Below, piece by piece: positions 49,913-61,574 of a DNA stretch of 64,000 nt; the first letter of the stretch is position 1; each line of letters starts with the position of its first letter. The notes beneath the pieces were generated by a model that ran no database searches, had not been told where the DNA came from, and was given only the letters and a program-made list of their open reading frames with translations. Origin of the DNA: Perkinsus olseni. Its lineage: Eukaryota. Location of the stretch: NCBI GenBank assembly GCA_013115125.1, contig JABANN010000099.1, positions 1-64,000 of the forward strand. Direction: 5' to 3'. Position numbers and translations under genes: made by a program.

Positions 49913-51457
49913 ATGTCGACTCCCATCGTACAGTCCGGTAAATCTTTGAACGTGCTGATGATTGGCCTGGGCAAGCTCGGACTTCCGCTGTGCCGCCGCA
50001 TCGCTGCCGCCGGGTAGTATGGGTTCTTCGACACCTCCGATCAGTCGCGGAGCAGCGTCTGGTATCATCTCAGGCACAGAGTTGATATTTTTTCAACCAG
50101 GGGTATCGATCGTGCTTCGAAGTCCTGCGCTGATATCGGTCTCCGCTCCACCCCAGTGCCTTCGATTCGGTCGTGGCTAGAAGTAAGGCTTCACTATGAC
50201 TGATGAGGTCCCTCCGCTGTCGTTGCTATTGGCTGACCCTGCTCAGGCGAACCGCTCTGTGTCCTCCCTGTACATGGTTACTTGCGTTCCTACGTCTAAT
50301 GAGGTGTCTCAGCTTGCCGATACTATTGTCAACGACGCCGCCATGCTCGAGGCTCCAAAAGAAGGGCCCAATCGTGAGCGCTATTCCCGGCAATGACGAT
50401 GCCGAGTAACTCTTCCTCCAGGGCCGAAGCTGCACTGGATCGATTGTACTAGTGGATATCCGCCGCTGACCAAGGCTATCGCGGAGAAGCTCTCTGTCGC
50501 CTCCTCTGAGGATGCCGCTGCTCGTCGAGAAACTGTCTTCACCGATTGCGCCGTCAGCGGTGGTCCTCACGTAAGGTGGCCTCTACGCCTCTGGTGTGTT
50601 CCTTGCGTTGGTGATGGTCGCTCTGCCTGTCTTGCAGGGAGCGAGGGCCGGTGTATTGACTTCCATGGTTGGGTCGCAGGACCCATCATTGATCGATGAC
50701 CAGGAGTCTGGTAAGAGCCCTTATTACTCATCCCGCTGCATTCGACGGGGTTCCTTCGCACTTGCAGGTGTCCGTCGCTTGATCGATTGCTGGTCCGGTG
50801 CGGCTGGTGGCCATGTTTTTGGCCTAGGGCCCGTTGGCAGTGGACATGCCGTGAAGGTAAGCAAGTTGCGACTGTATAGAGATCCGGACTCCTCCTTCTT
50901 CAGTCTGTTAACAATGCCCTTCTTGCGGCGAACCTGCTGATGGGCTCAGAAGCCATGGTCACTCTGGCGAAGGCGGGAGTGGACGTTGAGGCTGCCCTCA
51001 ACGCTATCGATACTTCTAGCGGTCGCACCTTCGTCTTGCAGGGACGTTTCCCCAAGAATATTCTCACTCGTGAGTCCCCTCGGTCGAAGATTCGATATCG
51101 GTTTGAATCGGCGTCGTTGCCTCAGGAAAGTTCGATTATGGTTTTAATATGGCGGGTCTTCAAAAAGACGTTGCCAATGCACTGCGGCTCATGGAGGTAG
51201 AGTGACCCGAGGTCCTTGCTCACTATCATGAAACGCATTAGGGGGGGGGTATTTATAACCCTATGTCGGAGTTAGCTATGAAGTTGGTCAATGACGCCCT
51301 GGGAACACTAGGCCCCGAGGCTGATCATACGGAAATCGTAAGTGCTGCTGAATCAATACTGTCGCCACAGTCGCAGATGCTTGTCGTGTCTCAGGTCAAA
51401 GTCGTTGAAGACAAGAGTGAAGCATCTGGCTGCGTCAAGGCACGCAAGCAAGACTGA
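49913..51457 (+). CDS. NAD(P)-dependent beta-hydroxyacid dehydrogenase (3-hydroxyisobutyrate dehydrogenase family)
   Basis: IGLGKLGLPL, WIDCTSG, DCAVSGGPHGARAGVLTSMVG, GPVGSGHAVKSVNN, FDYGF..KD. Confidence 0.9.
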
Positions 51458-51845
51458 TGATAAGAACAGTCCTTCTCCCATTGGTCTAGAATCATAATAG
51501 TGTGTGTCTTGTTTCTCTCTCGGCCGGAAGCTACGGTGTCGTTTGCCCACAAAAATCGTTAAATGAGATTGTGTTCTTCAATGACGCCCAACAACGCCCA
51601 TTCTAACGACCCAAGGCCTATCGTTTCACGTGTGTCGCGGCAAGCAGGGGCTTTTGCAGGGCGCCCTCAGCACGGTTTGCATATGAACTCTCACATGTTG
51701 TCAATTTGCTCAGATCTCGTTAGTCTCGGGACTCTCTTTCCCACGACACCACCGAGCAGGCGCATATTTCTTTTCGCTCGCCCAAAAAGAAATTCCTGTC
51801 GCTAAACCTGACCACCGCAGCCGCCTCCTACGCAATCATCACTTT

Positions 51846-52917
51846 ATGGTGAGTACTAGACAGCGTCTAGTAGACGCACATTCGGTCACGATGGTCTTAC
51901 GTAAGCTCGTTGTTGAAGCGAATCTGCAGAGGCTCGCGAGTGGGCGCCGACGGGCGCCTCCGTTCGGAGTATCATCCTCCTCAGACATTATCCACTAAAC
52001 TACCAGCATATATATCTGAACTCATCGGTACGTTCTTTCTGGTCTTCACTGTGGGTCTCAATGTGAGCTTGAAGCAAGCTAATGCGCCCCTGTCAATTGG
52101 TGCCATCCTCATGGTCATGATATTCGCTATGGGAAGGTGGGTGAGCTCCAGTCTCCTCGATGCAAGTGCCTTCCCTCTTAGTGTCTCGGGAGGTCACTTC
52201 AATCCTTCGGTTACTCTCGGTGTCGCGCTAGGCAACTCCTGCAAGTTTGCAACCGCCGACGTCCCCATATATATGCTCGTCCAGGTGAGTAAACTTCAGG
52301 CTGGCTTCCTTCCGCCAACCACTTTGAAAGGTCCTCGGCGGTATCGCTGGCGCAGCGATGTCGTATGCTATGACTGACAATAAGATAACGGTCCAGCCGG
52401 GTGACGACTTCTCGGCCTTTAAAGCTTTCTTGGCGGAAATGGTCTTCACCATGGCTCTAGCGTTCGTGGTAGGAAACAGCACATGTCATTTAAGGCTACT
52501 TCATCCACGACATCAGGTGTTGAACGTGGCGACTTCACGAGACGCTGGCAATCATTACTTCGGCTTGGCCATAGGTTTTACCGTGGTATCCGCCGCGTAC
52601 GCGATTGGACCGATCTCGGGATGCTACCTCAACCCAGCTGTCACCCTTGGAGTCTTCGCTATCAGCTTCGTGAGTGGGGATTTGTCATGAGGTTGTTGAC
52701 AGCCGACTGAACATGACGATCGCTATCCGCCCTTGGGAACTCCGTTGCGATTGTTCTTTCTTCTCAGAAGAAGATCAAGTACGTCGCCGTTTACCTAGGG
52801 GCCCAGCTTCTTGGATCTGCACTGGCTGCTCTGACTTTCCGCGTGATACGGCGGTCCGAAATATATGACGAGACGCGCGATGAAGGCGTGAAAACAATTT
52901 CAATCCTACCGAGCTGA
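51846..52917 (+). CDS. Aquaporin / major intrinsic protein
   Basis: [45 protein letters not shown]. Confidence 0.95.
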
Positions 52918-55179
52918 CTAATGATTATCCAATTATATCGCCTCTATATCCACTCTCACGAATTCATGTTGTACTCAAGGACCCGTGTTACTGTGAAGTC
53001 ATCAGCGGTTAGTGCTGTTGCGTTTACAATTGTAGTTCAAGGGATGCAATCCCTATTTTTTAAGCACGCGGATCCCAGCCCTGCAATGCCGACGTCCTGC
53101 CAAACGGGTTCTAGTAAATCTGGACCTAGCTTGGTCCAACTTGACCAAGTTACCTGGTCAAGTTTGAGCCACGCAGGGTCTTGCCAAGTTCCTTGTTGGC
53201 TCGAGACCGTACTGGACCCTGTTTTGCCAATCTCTTGACCGCGAAGGTAACATCAATTTCAAGTCGTTGAGGAGTTCCGCGCCTTTCGTTACAGGCCGAA
53301 AGGCTGCGAAATCGATCCTCTGGAGCCATTTTGAAATTCAGAACCGATTCTGAAACTGCGTTTCAGGACAGGGGTCAGTTTTAGAATCCATACTGAGTTT
53401 CAGAATCAGTTTTTTTTCGGCGATACACTCGCGGTGTGGTAACCGGTAGTGAAAATCGCTTATCGCATACGCCGAATACCGCAAAAATTGCGTATCACGG
53501 TTGTCAGACCCACTCAAACGTGAATTAAATTCACTGCCTAACGCACCACATCCCGTCATAGGGCATGACTCACGGAGCAAACATTCAAATCCGCAAGCTG
53601 ACGCGCACTGCCCCGGGCAGTCTGCTCGTGAAGGCTGCTAGCTGCCAGCTCGCACGAGTTCTGGGGCGAGCCGTTGCGTAGGCTAGTGCCTGCTCATAGT
53701 ATGAGCCTCATGCCTACAGTGATACCCTATTGTGCATACCCACTGTAACACCCACAGTAAGTTTATAGTAATGGATTTGCGATGAACTGGATACTCGGAA
53801 GGCACATCTCAAAAATCAACAGCCCTCTGAGCGTGTACCTATTACGGAGCGAAACAACATATTGGTATCGTTATCGCAGAAACCACGATCTGCCGCGATA
53901 GCCGTCCTGAGGTTACCGCGAAAACGTGGTATGGGCAAGGTATATTTCGCGGAGTGGTGAATGAGTTCGCCATCTCGCGGTTTTCGCGGTTACCTGGTAA
54001 CCCTCTCCACTACCCGGTTACCCAGTAACCGCGTCTATTGATGACGTATCTTCGATTTTCCCGGGTATTCCAATTCCGCCATGCTTGCCACCGCTTGACC
54101 GGCTTGACTGGTCACTGGCCCGAACTGACCTGACAGGTCAATCGCTAACTTTCGAGGTTTAGGTTGTTAGCTGGCATTAAGCTGGTAGCACCAGCCTGGT
54201 ACTAGCATATTCGTCCGATAACTTACTAGTCCAGTAATACTGGAGATTCATTTGAACCTCATTTTCAATCTGAGATTCAGTGGAGAGTACGTGGAGAGTA
54301 CGAGGCAGTAAATAAAGCACAAGAGAAACAAATCGTGCTGGGTAATCGAGGGGAGTGGCCTTAGAGGACATAGTGGATGCAAATGATCGGTTTGAAATGT
54401 CATTGTACCCTCTATTTCGTATTCGATTGTAACACAGATCCTGTGTTACAGAACATTAAACCGAATATGTATCTCCGCATGATTACTCGCTAAATCTCTG
54501 ATCATTCCGAGAGTAGAATACTCCGAGGTGTTCACTGCAATACCGTGTAGTCAGCCCGCGGGACAGTATCACGGTGATACACATGCAACTCGAATACCAC
54601 ATATGGGCCCCATATGAGGCCCCATATTATGGGGGCTGCATTTCACCTTCCCCTTTTGGTATCTCAGTTAGCTTGTAGTAGTTGTCCCATAGTGGTAGTA
54701 TGGCTCCTACGATCCGGAGGCTACGGATAACCACAAAGATTATACTGACTTCGTTCCAGGTCTGAGCACGTGGCGACGGCGTCGCCACGACGCTACGGTG
54801 GAATGATTGCAAGGATGTTTCAGGCCTCCTTCAGCTGTTCTACAACCTGTTTGATGTGCCGTAACGGCACTCCCGTGCGGTCAGTTAAAATAACTCAGTT
54901 CCTTGTGCTGCTGAGATCTATGCACCAGTACGACGGTATACCGCAGTATCATCCGGACTATTGGATACTCCGCCATGGCTATGAAGCTACGCGCTGACTC
55001 CTCACTCGGGAGTCGGTACTCCTGAGTCAGGAGTCACCCGAACACCCTGTCACCAAAATGTCCATGTTCTCCCCAGGTTCCGTAGAGCTCGCCATGTGGG
55101 TCAGGCAACCAGAGCACCAGCTTAAGATCAAACAACTGTCGCTTGAACCCGGGAATCCCGAGCCGCGATACAGCATTTC

Positions 55180-55530
55180 GTGCTTGCTGAAGGCCTTCTT
55201 GGGTGGTATGGACTGGGAGTGTACGATTATTCGGAGTTTGCGAACGACTGCTACACGAATTACAAAATGTGCTTGAAGATGGCGAGGGAATTTCGATCCC
55301 TACAGTATGTACGGTACATAATGTACCCGTATATTGGTCTGCGCTCGCTGGTGACTCACCGGTGGTGAGCTTCACCGCATGGACAAGGTGTTCGTGCAAC
55401 GTGCGTTTTTGGAACAACGCGGCTGAGTCGTTACATTCTTCCCTGGAGCGTTTGATTGGCCATAGCCATCCAAATATACGGTTATTTCTTAAAAAGCTGA
55501 AGGTCTACCACGATTCCGTTAGAATATAGC
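55180..55530 (+). mobile_element. Degenerate Mutator-like (MULE) transposase C-terminal fragment
   Basis: NNAAESLHSSLERLIGHSHPNIRLFLKKLK resembles the MULE motif TNNxxEgwH..l...hPniw.fi..Lk. There is no intact ORF. Confidence 0.6.
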
Positions 55531-57659
55531 TACATTGTAGTAAAATGGTTTTACGATAATCCCAGATAAAAGAGGGATTTTCACGGATCAACAGGCCGCC
55601 GCTTGTGGTGTCAGATCAGGAGTCCGCTTGCGTCTTTGAGTAACTGGGGTCACATTGCATTGGCTCACAATAAAGAAATTTTCTCTCCGCCAGTCGAACA
55701 GCGGTTGGCCGGTCGGTCGGTCGAGCGCGTTCAGAAGGCTCATGTCGGCGTGTACGTTAACACCATGTCACATGACCCTAGTGGAAGCCTGATTGCAGTA
55801 TGTGTTGATAATGAGTGGCTTCTCTTCCTCACGCACGTGAGTCATAGTGCTATAGGCTGACCCTTCATCAAGTTCAGTCATCGTCATCCATGAGTCCGCG
55901 GATATGACCAGCAGACCGCGTAGCGAAGCACACGATTAGTCAATTGAGATATAACGAGGACGTACTGGACGCAGACTGAGACTGCAAACCTAGAAGAGCT
56001 GCGTTGCGCAAGTTGGGCAAATGGGGAAGTCTCGGCGTATAGTAGCCAGTAGAGCAGCTGGGGCTCACAGCCGTGTCTGAGTCAGACAGTCTGACACCTC
56101 TACCCTCACCACTGGTGAGTCACCAGCCATATAGGGGTTCCTGTTGATAGTGAGGTACGGGCAAGCTTTAGTCGGGCTGACAGTACATCTGGCTAGATGC
56201 CTAGCCGAAGTCTCGAAGGTTATTGCCGACTTGATTTGAAGCCGGAACGAAGGCGGGAAACGGAAGAAAAGTTTGAGAGCAGGGAAGTAAAACTTTTGGC
56301 AGGAGGAGAAAGTTTGGGAGGAGGGGTGGAAAGTTTGGGCACGCGGAGTCATGCTTCCAAACTTGAGCGCTGATGGAGACCGTGATGAGGATGGCCAACC
56401 TTCAGCAAGCTCTGCTTCGCTGATGGGAAGTGCGATGGGTTATGAGCAAGTAAATCGCTCGACTTCCCGAGCTGAAAATCTTGCAGCTGACTTAGTTAGT
56501 ATGGCTAGATGAGTGGTGTCACAGGCAAGGTCCCGTAGCAGACTGCTACTCGCAGTAACTGTTACGCAGCCTAGTTTACGCTGATCTTCTGGTCAACCTC
56601 ATGGCCCGTACGGGCGGCCAGAAATTCTGGCCCAAAATATCACGGCCATATGCTATGGGCATACGACTGAAGAGTTCCCGAGTTAAAGTGGCAGGCTGCC
56701 ACTGGCAGTGACCATAGGTTGCTGGGTTCGTTTCTGAGAAGGGTCCTGTTGTGTTATGCAGTTGGTGACCAAGCTTTACACTTGACTTCAAGTTACACAT
56801 TCGACCAACTGTTGGTCAAGTGTGTAGCTTAAAGTTAGACAGTCGCGAACGGATCGCGGCTAGCCATATCAACAGTGCTACGATAGCAGTGCTACGGTAG
56901 CACTAATCCGTATTTGTAGAAGACCCAAGGCTTGAATCCGGTTGTGTTGTACGACAGCAGAGACCTGGTACGAGTCGTACCGTACGACCGTACAGTAGCA
57001 GAGGAGATCTCGCATCGTAAATTCACGTATAGATGAGCCTAGGCTACGCATAGCACATTTGCGCGTAACTCTCCGATGGCCATAAAGGATGAATCTTTAG
57101 TAGATGTGGTTCAGTTTTTGGGAGTGACATGCGGCATGTCGCATGCATAACATCCTCGTTGTTCCTGAGAGAAGCGTGCAAATACCGTGACAACCTCATT
57201 GCCGGGCTGCTCAATTGCTGACCTCACCGATCTGAGTCAGATTCTCTGCCAGGCTGTTAAGTGAAGCTGTCGGGACGCACACAGCCGGAACAAGACAGCC
57301 CAATCTTGTGAGAGAAAGGAACACACCTACGCCAAACAATCCCTCTACTGCGCGAAGCTGTCAGCATCCAGATAGAGCGCAAAATTTCAAATTTGGCTTC
57401 ATCACTGTCAGCAACAGGTTAGGGCGCTTTAGTGGGCGAAATTAGTATCATGTTCCGTGTTCGCACGCCACGGCGCACGGTGTGCCAAAAATGGAAAGTG
57501 CCCTAAGAAAAAAACTCATTTTAGATCTATATGAGTACAGTCGATCCACAAAATATCAAAGCCATATTCGCATTTGCTGACTCGCAGTGCGAGTCTCGCA
57601 CTTTCGGCGGATAGTTTTACGTGTGTTTTCGCCACTCCCGTTCGTTTTGTATAGAGAAA

Positions 57660-58240
57660 AGTGCTACGATGAACTTCGCAGCCCGACGTTGCAAACCGTC
57701 TACTTTTTTCAACACCTTAGTTGATGTCGCGAATGAGTGGGACCCCGATGGTGTCCTCGGTTCTCCCAGACTCGATTTGACCTGGCGTGAACTGCTGATT
57801 CTTAAAAATGCTGCCTGTGGGAATCGAACCAGGAACCTTGGCGGAATTCCTCTTCATTCATCCCGAACTCATACCGTATGAGCATTGCTGCCCCTCATGG
57901 AAACTACTTGCTTTATGCTTGTGGAGAAGAAGAGGGAACTAGCAATGCTTTCACGGGTATTGCCTTTTTGGTTAAAAACGAATTAGGGGATAACTGTGAC
58001 TTCATCCCATCTAATCCAAGGTATGCAACACTCAGGCTGGAGGGTGTTTGCAGAAATGCGTCAGACCTTTGCCTGACAGGAACCTACTCACCCACGGAGT
58101 CTTCGGATGACGAGGGCGGAAAGGATCGGTACCACCGTGGCTTGAGCAACCACATGGACTGGTGTAGGCGTCGTTATGGTGATAACCAACTCTTAGTGGG
58201 TGATTTCAATGCCCGAGTCTCTTATGAGGCTTACAGGAAT
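57660..58240 (+). mobile_element. Truncated non-LTR retrotransposon (LINE) AP-endonuclease domain, interrupted by a tRNA-like insertion
   Basis: ATMN..., YLLYACG...GIAFLVK...PRYATLRL...YSPT...LLVGDFNARV. No reverse transcriptase follows. Confidence 0.85.
57803..57892 (-). mobile_element. tRNA-derived SINE-like element or tRNA pseudogene
   Basis: The minus strand has a D-arm hairpin GCTCATACGGTATGAGT, a perfect B box GGTTCGATTCC (57830-57820) and a TTTTT terminator. The acceptor stem does not pair. Confidence 0.55.
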
Positions 58241-58272
58241 CAAGGGGATGGTCACCATCCCTAGCGGTCCTA

Positions 58273-58311
58273 GCGGCCTAAAGCCACCATCCGATGGTGG
58301 CTTTAGGCCGC
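58273..58311. repeat. Perfect 19-bp inverted repeat with 1-nt spacer
   Basis: gcggcctaaagccaccatc-c-gatggtggctttaggccgc. Confidence 0.95.
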
Positions 58312-58489
58312 CATCGGATGGTGGCCCCCAGAATTCACCGGATGCGCCGAACCCGTTTGGTAAGCTTATCACCTCGGTGAAATCCCGCGAATTCTCGGCT
58401 GTATAATACAAATCGCCAAGCTGGTCAAATTCCGTATAAACAAGGAATCGCCAAGGTTGGCGAGTTGGCGAAACTTAGTGCTCCGCTAT

Positions 58490-61293
58490 CCGATGGTATG
58501 TTCCTCGTCCTTCGCGGGTTCAGGCTCCACGATCAGCTTTGACGATCCATCAAACGCAACACGACGCAACCGGTGAAACTTAGTCCTACGACATGACTCA
58601 TGGCACGCTTGATGGAAGTCAACTGTCCACTCGTTCCATGTTCCACAATCCTAGCTCATGAGATGTCAGTCCCGGGAGGCCATCGTATCTAGAATATGTC
58701 GATGTGCACAGGAAGCAGCATACATGGCATCAGGCCAACCACAACCAGCGTAATGAGTTCCGATGCTCGACAACAAGGCGAGCAAGGGGTTCTCATCTAA
58801 ACCTCGTCACATAACAAACCAGAGCATCGACTGGGATCCTCATCGAGTCCGAGTCACACGGACGCGGCCTACTCGGGATCGAGCTCATGTACGCGATCCT
58901 CGAAGTCGAGCCCCTGGAACCATCTCTGAGCTATCCATTTTGTTCCTGAAACCCAACGAGCTCTCAAAAAGGCAACGCCGACTCCCTACCCTTGAGAACA
59001 GGACAAGCGGCGTGCCGACTCGCAGGATCGTGCTTCCCTTCAAGATCATAGCTATAGAACAGCACTGCACGGCCAAGTTTAGGAGGAACTCTTATGGTTC
59101 CCGGCATGTCCTCCTGCTGACAGCAGTTAGACAGCGGACGGCAGCGCTCATCATTGAACCTTTCGGATCCACGAGTTAATTAGAAAACCATAGCTGGCAG
59201 GAGGACCCGCTCCGCAACTTAGTACGGGATGAATATAGTGTGGCCTCCTTCCTCGACATCGGAAAGATAGGTTATGATGGTAGCAGGTCTCCACATAGCC
59301 GTGCCGCGTCCAGGCGTGCTGTCGTGATGGATCTCGTATCTATGAGATGTACAGCTCACATACCGTCGACATGAGAGATGGCACTTCTGGCCTTCCGTGT
59401 ATCGTCCTATCTGAAGGGTTTCCCCGAACTTATCGGGTATCCGAGCTGCCCGTTGGAAGCGCTTCAACACCCGTCTTAGAATGGGGTCTGTTTGACTAGC
59501 ATTGGGATGAGTGTAGAACCTACGAAACACTCCGAGATCTCGAAGGAGCCAAGTCTGCCGCCCAGCTCACTGCCAGCTGCTACGTATATCATCATCAGCT
59601 ATGCCTCCGCCGCCCATACCACCAATACGGCCCAAAGTGAGGTTGTGCTCAGCCAGGCCGATAAGATGGCGGCATTCTTCAGGTGTGAGAAAGTTATCGG
59701 CTAGCTAGGACAAGCACTGGTCGTGTCTCACGGATAGAATTTCTCACGTAAATTCGCGGACGGTATTGACTTATGACTCGCCAGTCACCATGAGAGGAAG
59801 CGTGTGCGGTAGAGTGAGGAGGGAGAGGCAGGCCGTCGTGACGCGGGTCTTGCGGCCCAAGAACCTGCGAGGCAAATGACGTCGGAGACGGGGCCTGGCT
59901 AGTGGCTCACGTTGTAGTACGGCCCTGCTCTGAAGTAGCGGCGAACAAGCCACCTCTCCACGTCCGGTCGCGTGAGGGGGCAATCCCCCACCTCCTAAGG
60001 CTCGGAGACCAATTACCGGTCCCACGACATCCAGGTTCGTACGACTCCATTAGCTTGGGTACCATCCAAATTAGTATTATACAGGAGAATCGCTCTACCT
60101 CGTTCTCTGGGTATTCGGAGCGGGCCATCGAAGTTCGACGAGAGATACGGATCGCAACAGCGCCTGAGGCCAAGGGGGCCGCCGGAGCGCGCACAAGGGG
60201 TCCTACGCTTCTCCAGCGGAACACCTTTGCAGACTACCCATAGGGAACAACATATCTCCTCCATCATAGGGAGTCGAAGGCTGATGATGAGGAGCCCTCA
60301 CAAGCGCCATCGGCTTAGATGTCACGCACCCCATTTAAGAACACAGTGATGCTCGCTATGCGGGGTTCTTCCTCATAGGGGTCAGACTCGTTATAGAAGG
60401 TGATGGGCCTAGAGTGGTTGAGCAGTGGTAAGGGTGACTTGTCACCCGCTGTACCCTGTACGTGACCCATGTATCTTCTCTACGATGAGGCCCTCGCCGA
60501 AGCGGTCGGGAATTCTAGCTAGCCGATGCAACCTCTTGGTGATATGTTGGAGGAGCGGTAGTTGCTCCTCCTCTTCCGCGGTGAAGTACCTGCGGGCTTT
60601 CCGTGGTAATTCGGACACAGGTGTCTACACTGCGCGAGTAGCGTGATATCGAAATCTGAACTGTCTGGGCAGCTCGCGACGTGCTCAGAGCGGATTGCAA
60701 GTCCTGAGCTCTTCCGCCCCTCTTCGACGATACTACGCGCAGTGGTACCGCGATCGCCGGCACGATGGACGACCGCATGCGAGCTGTGCGAGCGGGTCTA
60801 GTTGTGCAGGTGATACTGCCTGCGCTACTCGCGAGTCCTAGCCCTAGTCGGTTCACATGAAATATCGCGATTCATTCCCAATGACGTTATCGGCCTCCTC
60901 TTCCATCAAGCGAGGGGCAGCCATATCGATGAGAGCAGCACCTGGCAGCGTCATGGACCATACCGGATTTCCTAATAACTGTGCCAGTGTGTCATTCTCA
61001 GCCTACATTCACCGTCCGTCAAGAGTCCGTCAACGAGGTAAATACGAGGCTTCTGCGAGAGAGTTCGCACATCAAGGGATGCAGCCTGACAGTCTCGACT
61101 GGGCAGGGCAATGAGAACGTGAGGGGTACCGGCTTCGGTAAATCATGTAGCGGCAACCGCTGCCACGCCGGACTGCTGCCGGTGGTGAAATATGTTAGCA
61201 AGAAGTGGAAGAATCCGGTCATTCGGGGAGACCTCGTAAAATGTACAGCTCGCAACGGCGCAGGTCTGTTGTATTTGAAGCTCGAATTACCAT
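58490..61293 (-). CDS. Prolyl 4-hydroxylase-like 2OG-Fe(II) dioxygenase with two tandem P4H domains
   Basis: C-terminal domain: ETLQIGRYTEGQKYEIHHDS...RPATIITYLSDVEEGGHTIF...PKLGRAVLFY...SRHAACPVLKGTKWIAQRW. Both ends are approximate. Confidence 0.85.
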
Positions 61294-61574
61294 GACAACA
61301 TCTCGCAACGTGAAGACGAAGGACCAGCGAGAAGAGGAATGGCGTGAGCTATGTTTCCCGTTAACCAAGCCGTATCGAGCGGAACACGAGACGACAAGAA
61401 GGAATAAAACTCAGACGACCCGAAGTACAACTCTGCACGAATAAAGCACCTGCAGCCGAAAGATCTCCACAGATGGTTGAATGCAGCCCCAGCGTCCAGG
61501 TCGGCACGCCTCCAACTCACCACACAACACGAGGCGTCCATGTTGAAGCGCAAGCGAAAACAGTGATGAAAAAC

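Noticed and set aside
55603..55860. WD40-like gene fragment (MSHDPSGSLIAVCVDN)
   Set aside because: A single weak motif with no supporting exons.
52950..58480. CRISPR array, or SL-RNA/snRNA/5S cluster
   Set aside because: There is no constant repeat with unique spacers and the context is eukaryotic. By eye I found no match to the spliced leader, U1/U2/U5/U6 or 5S motifs.
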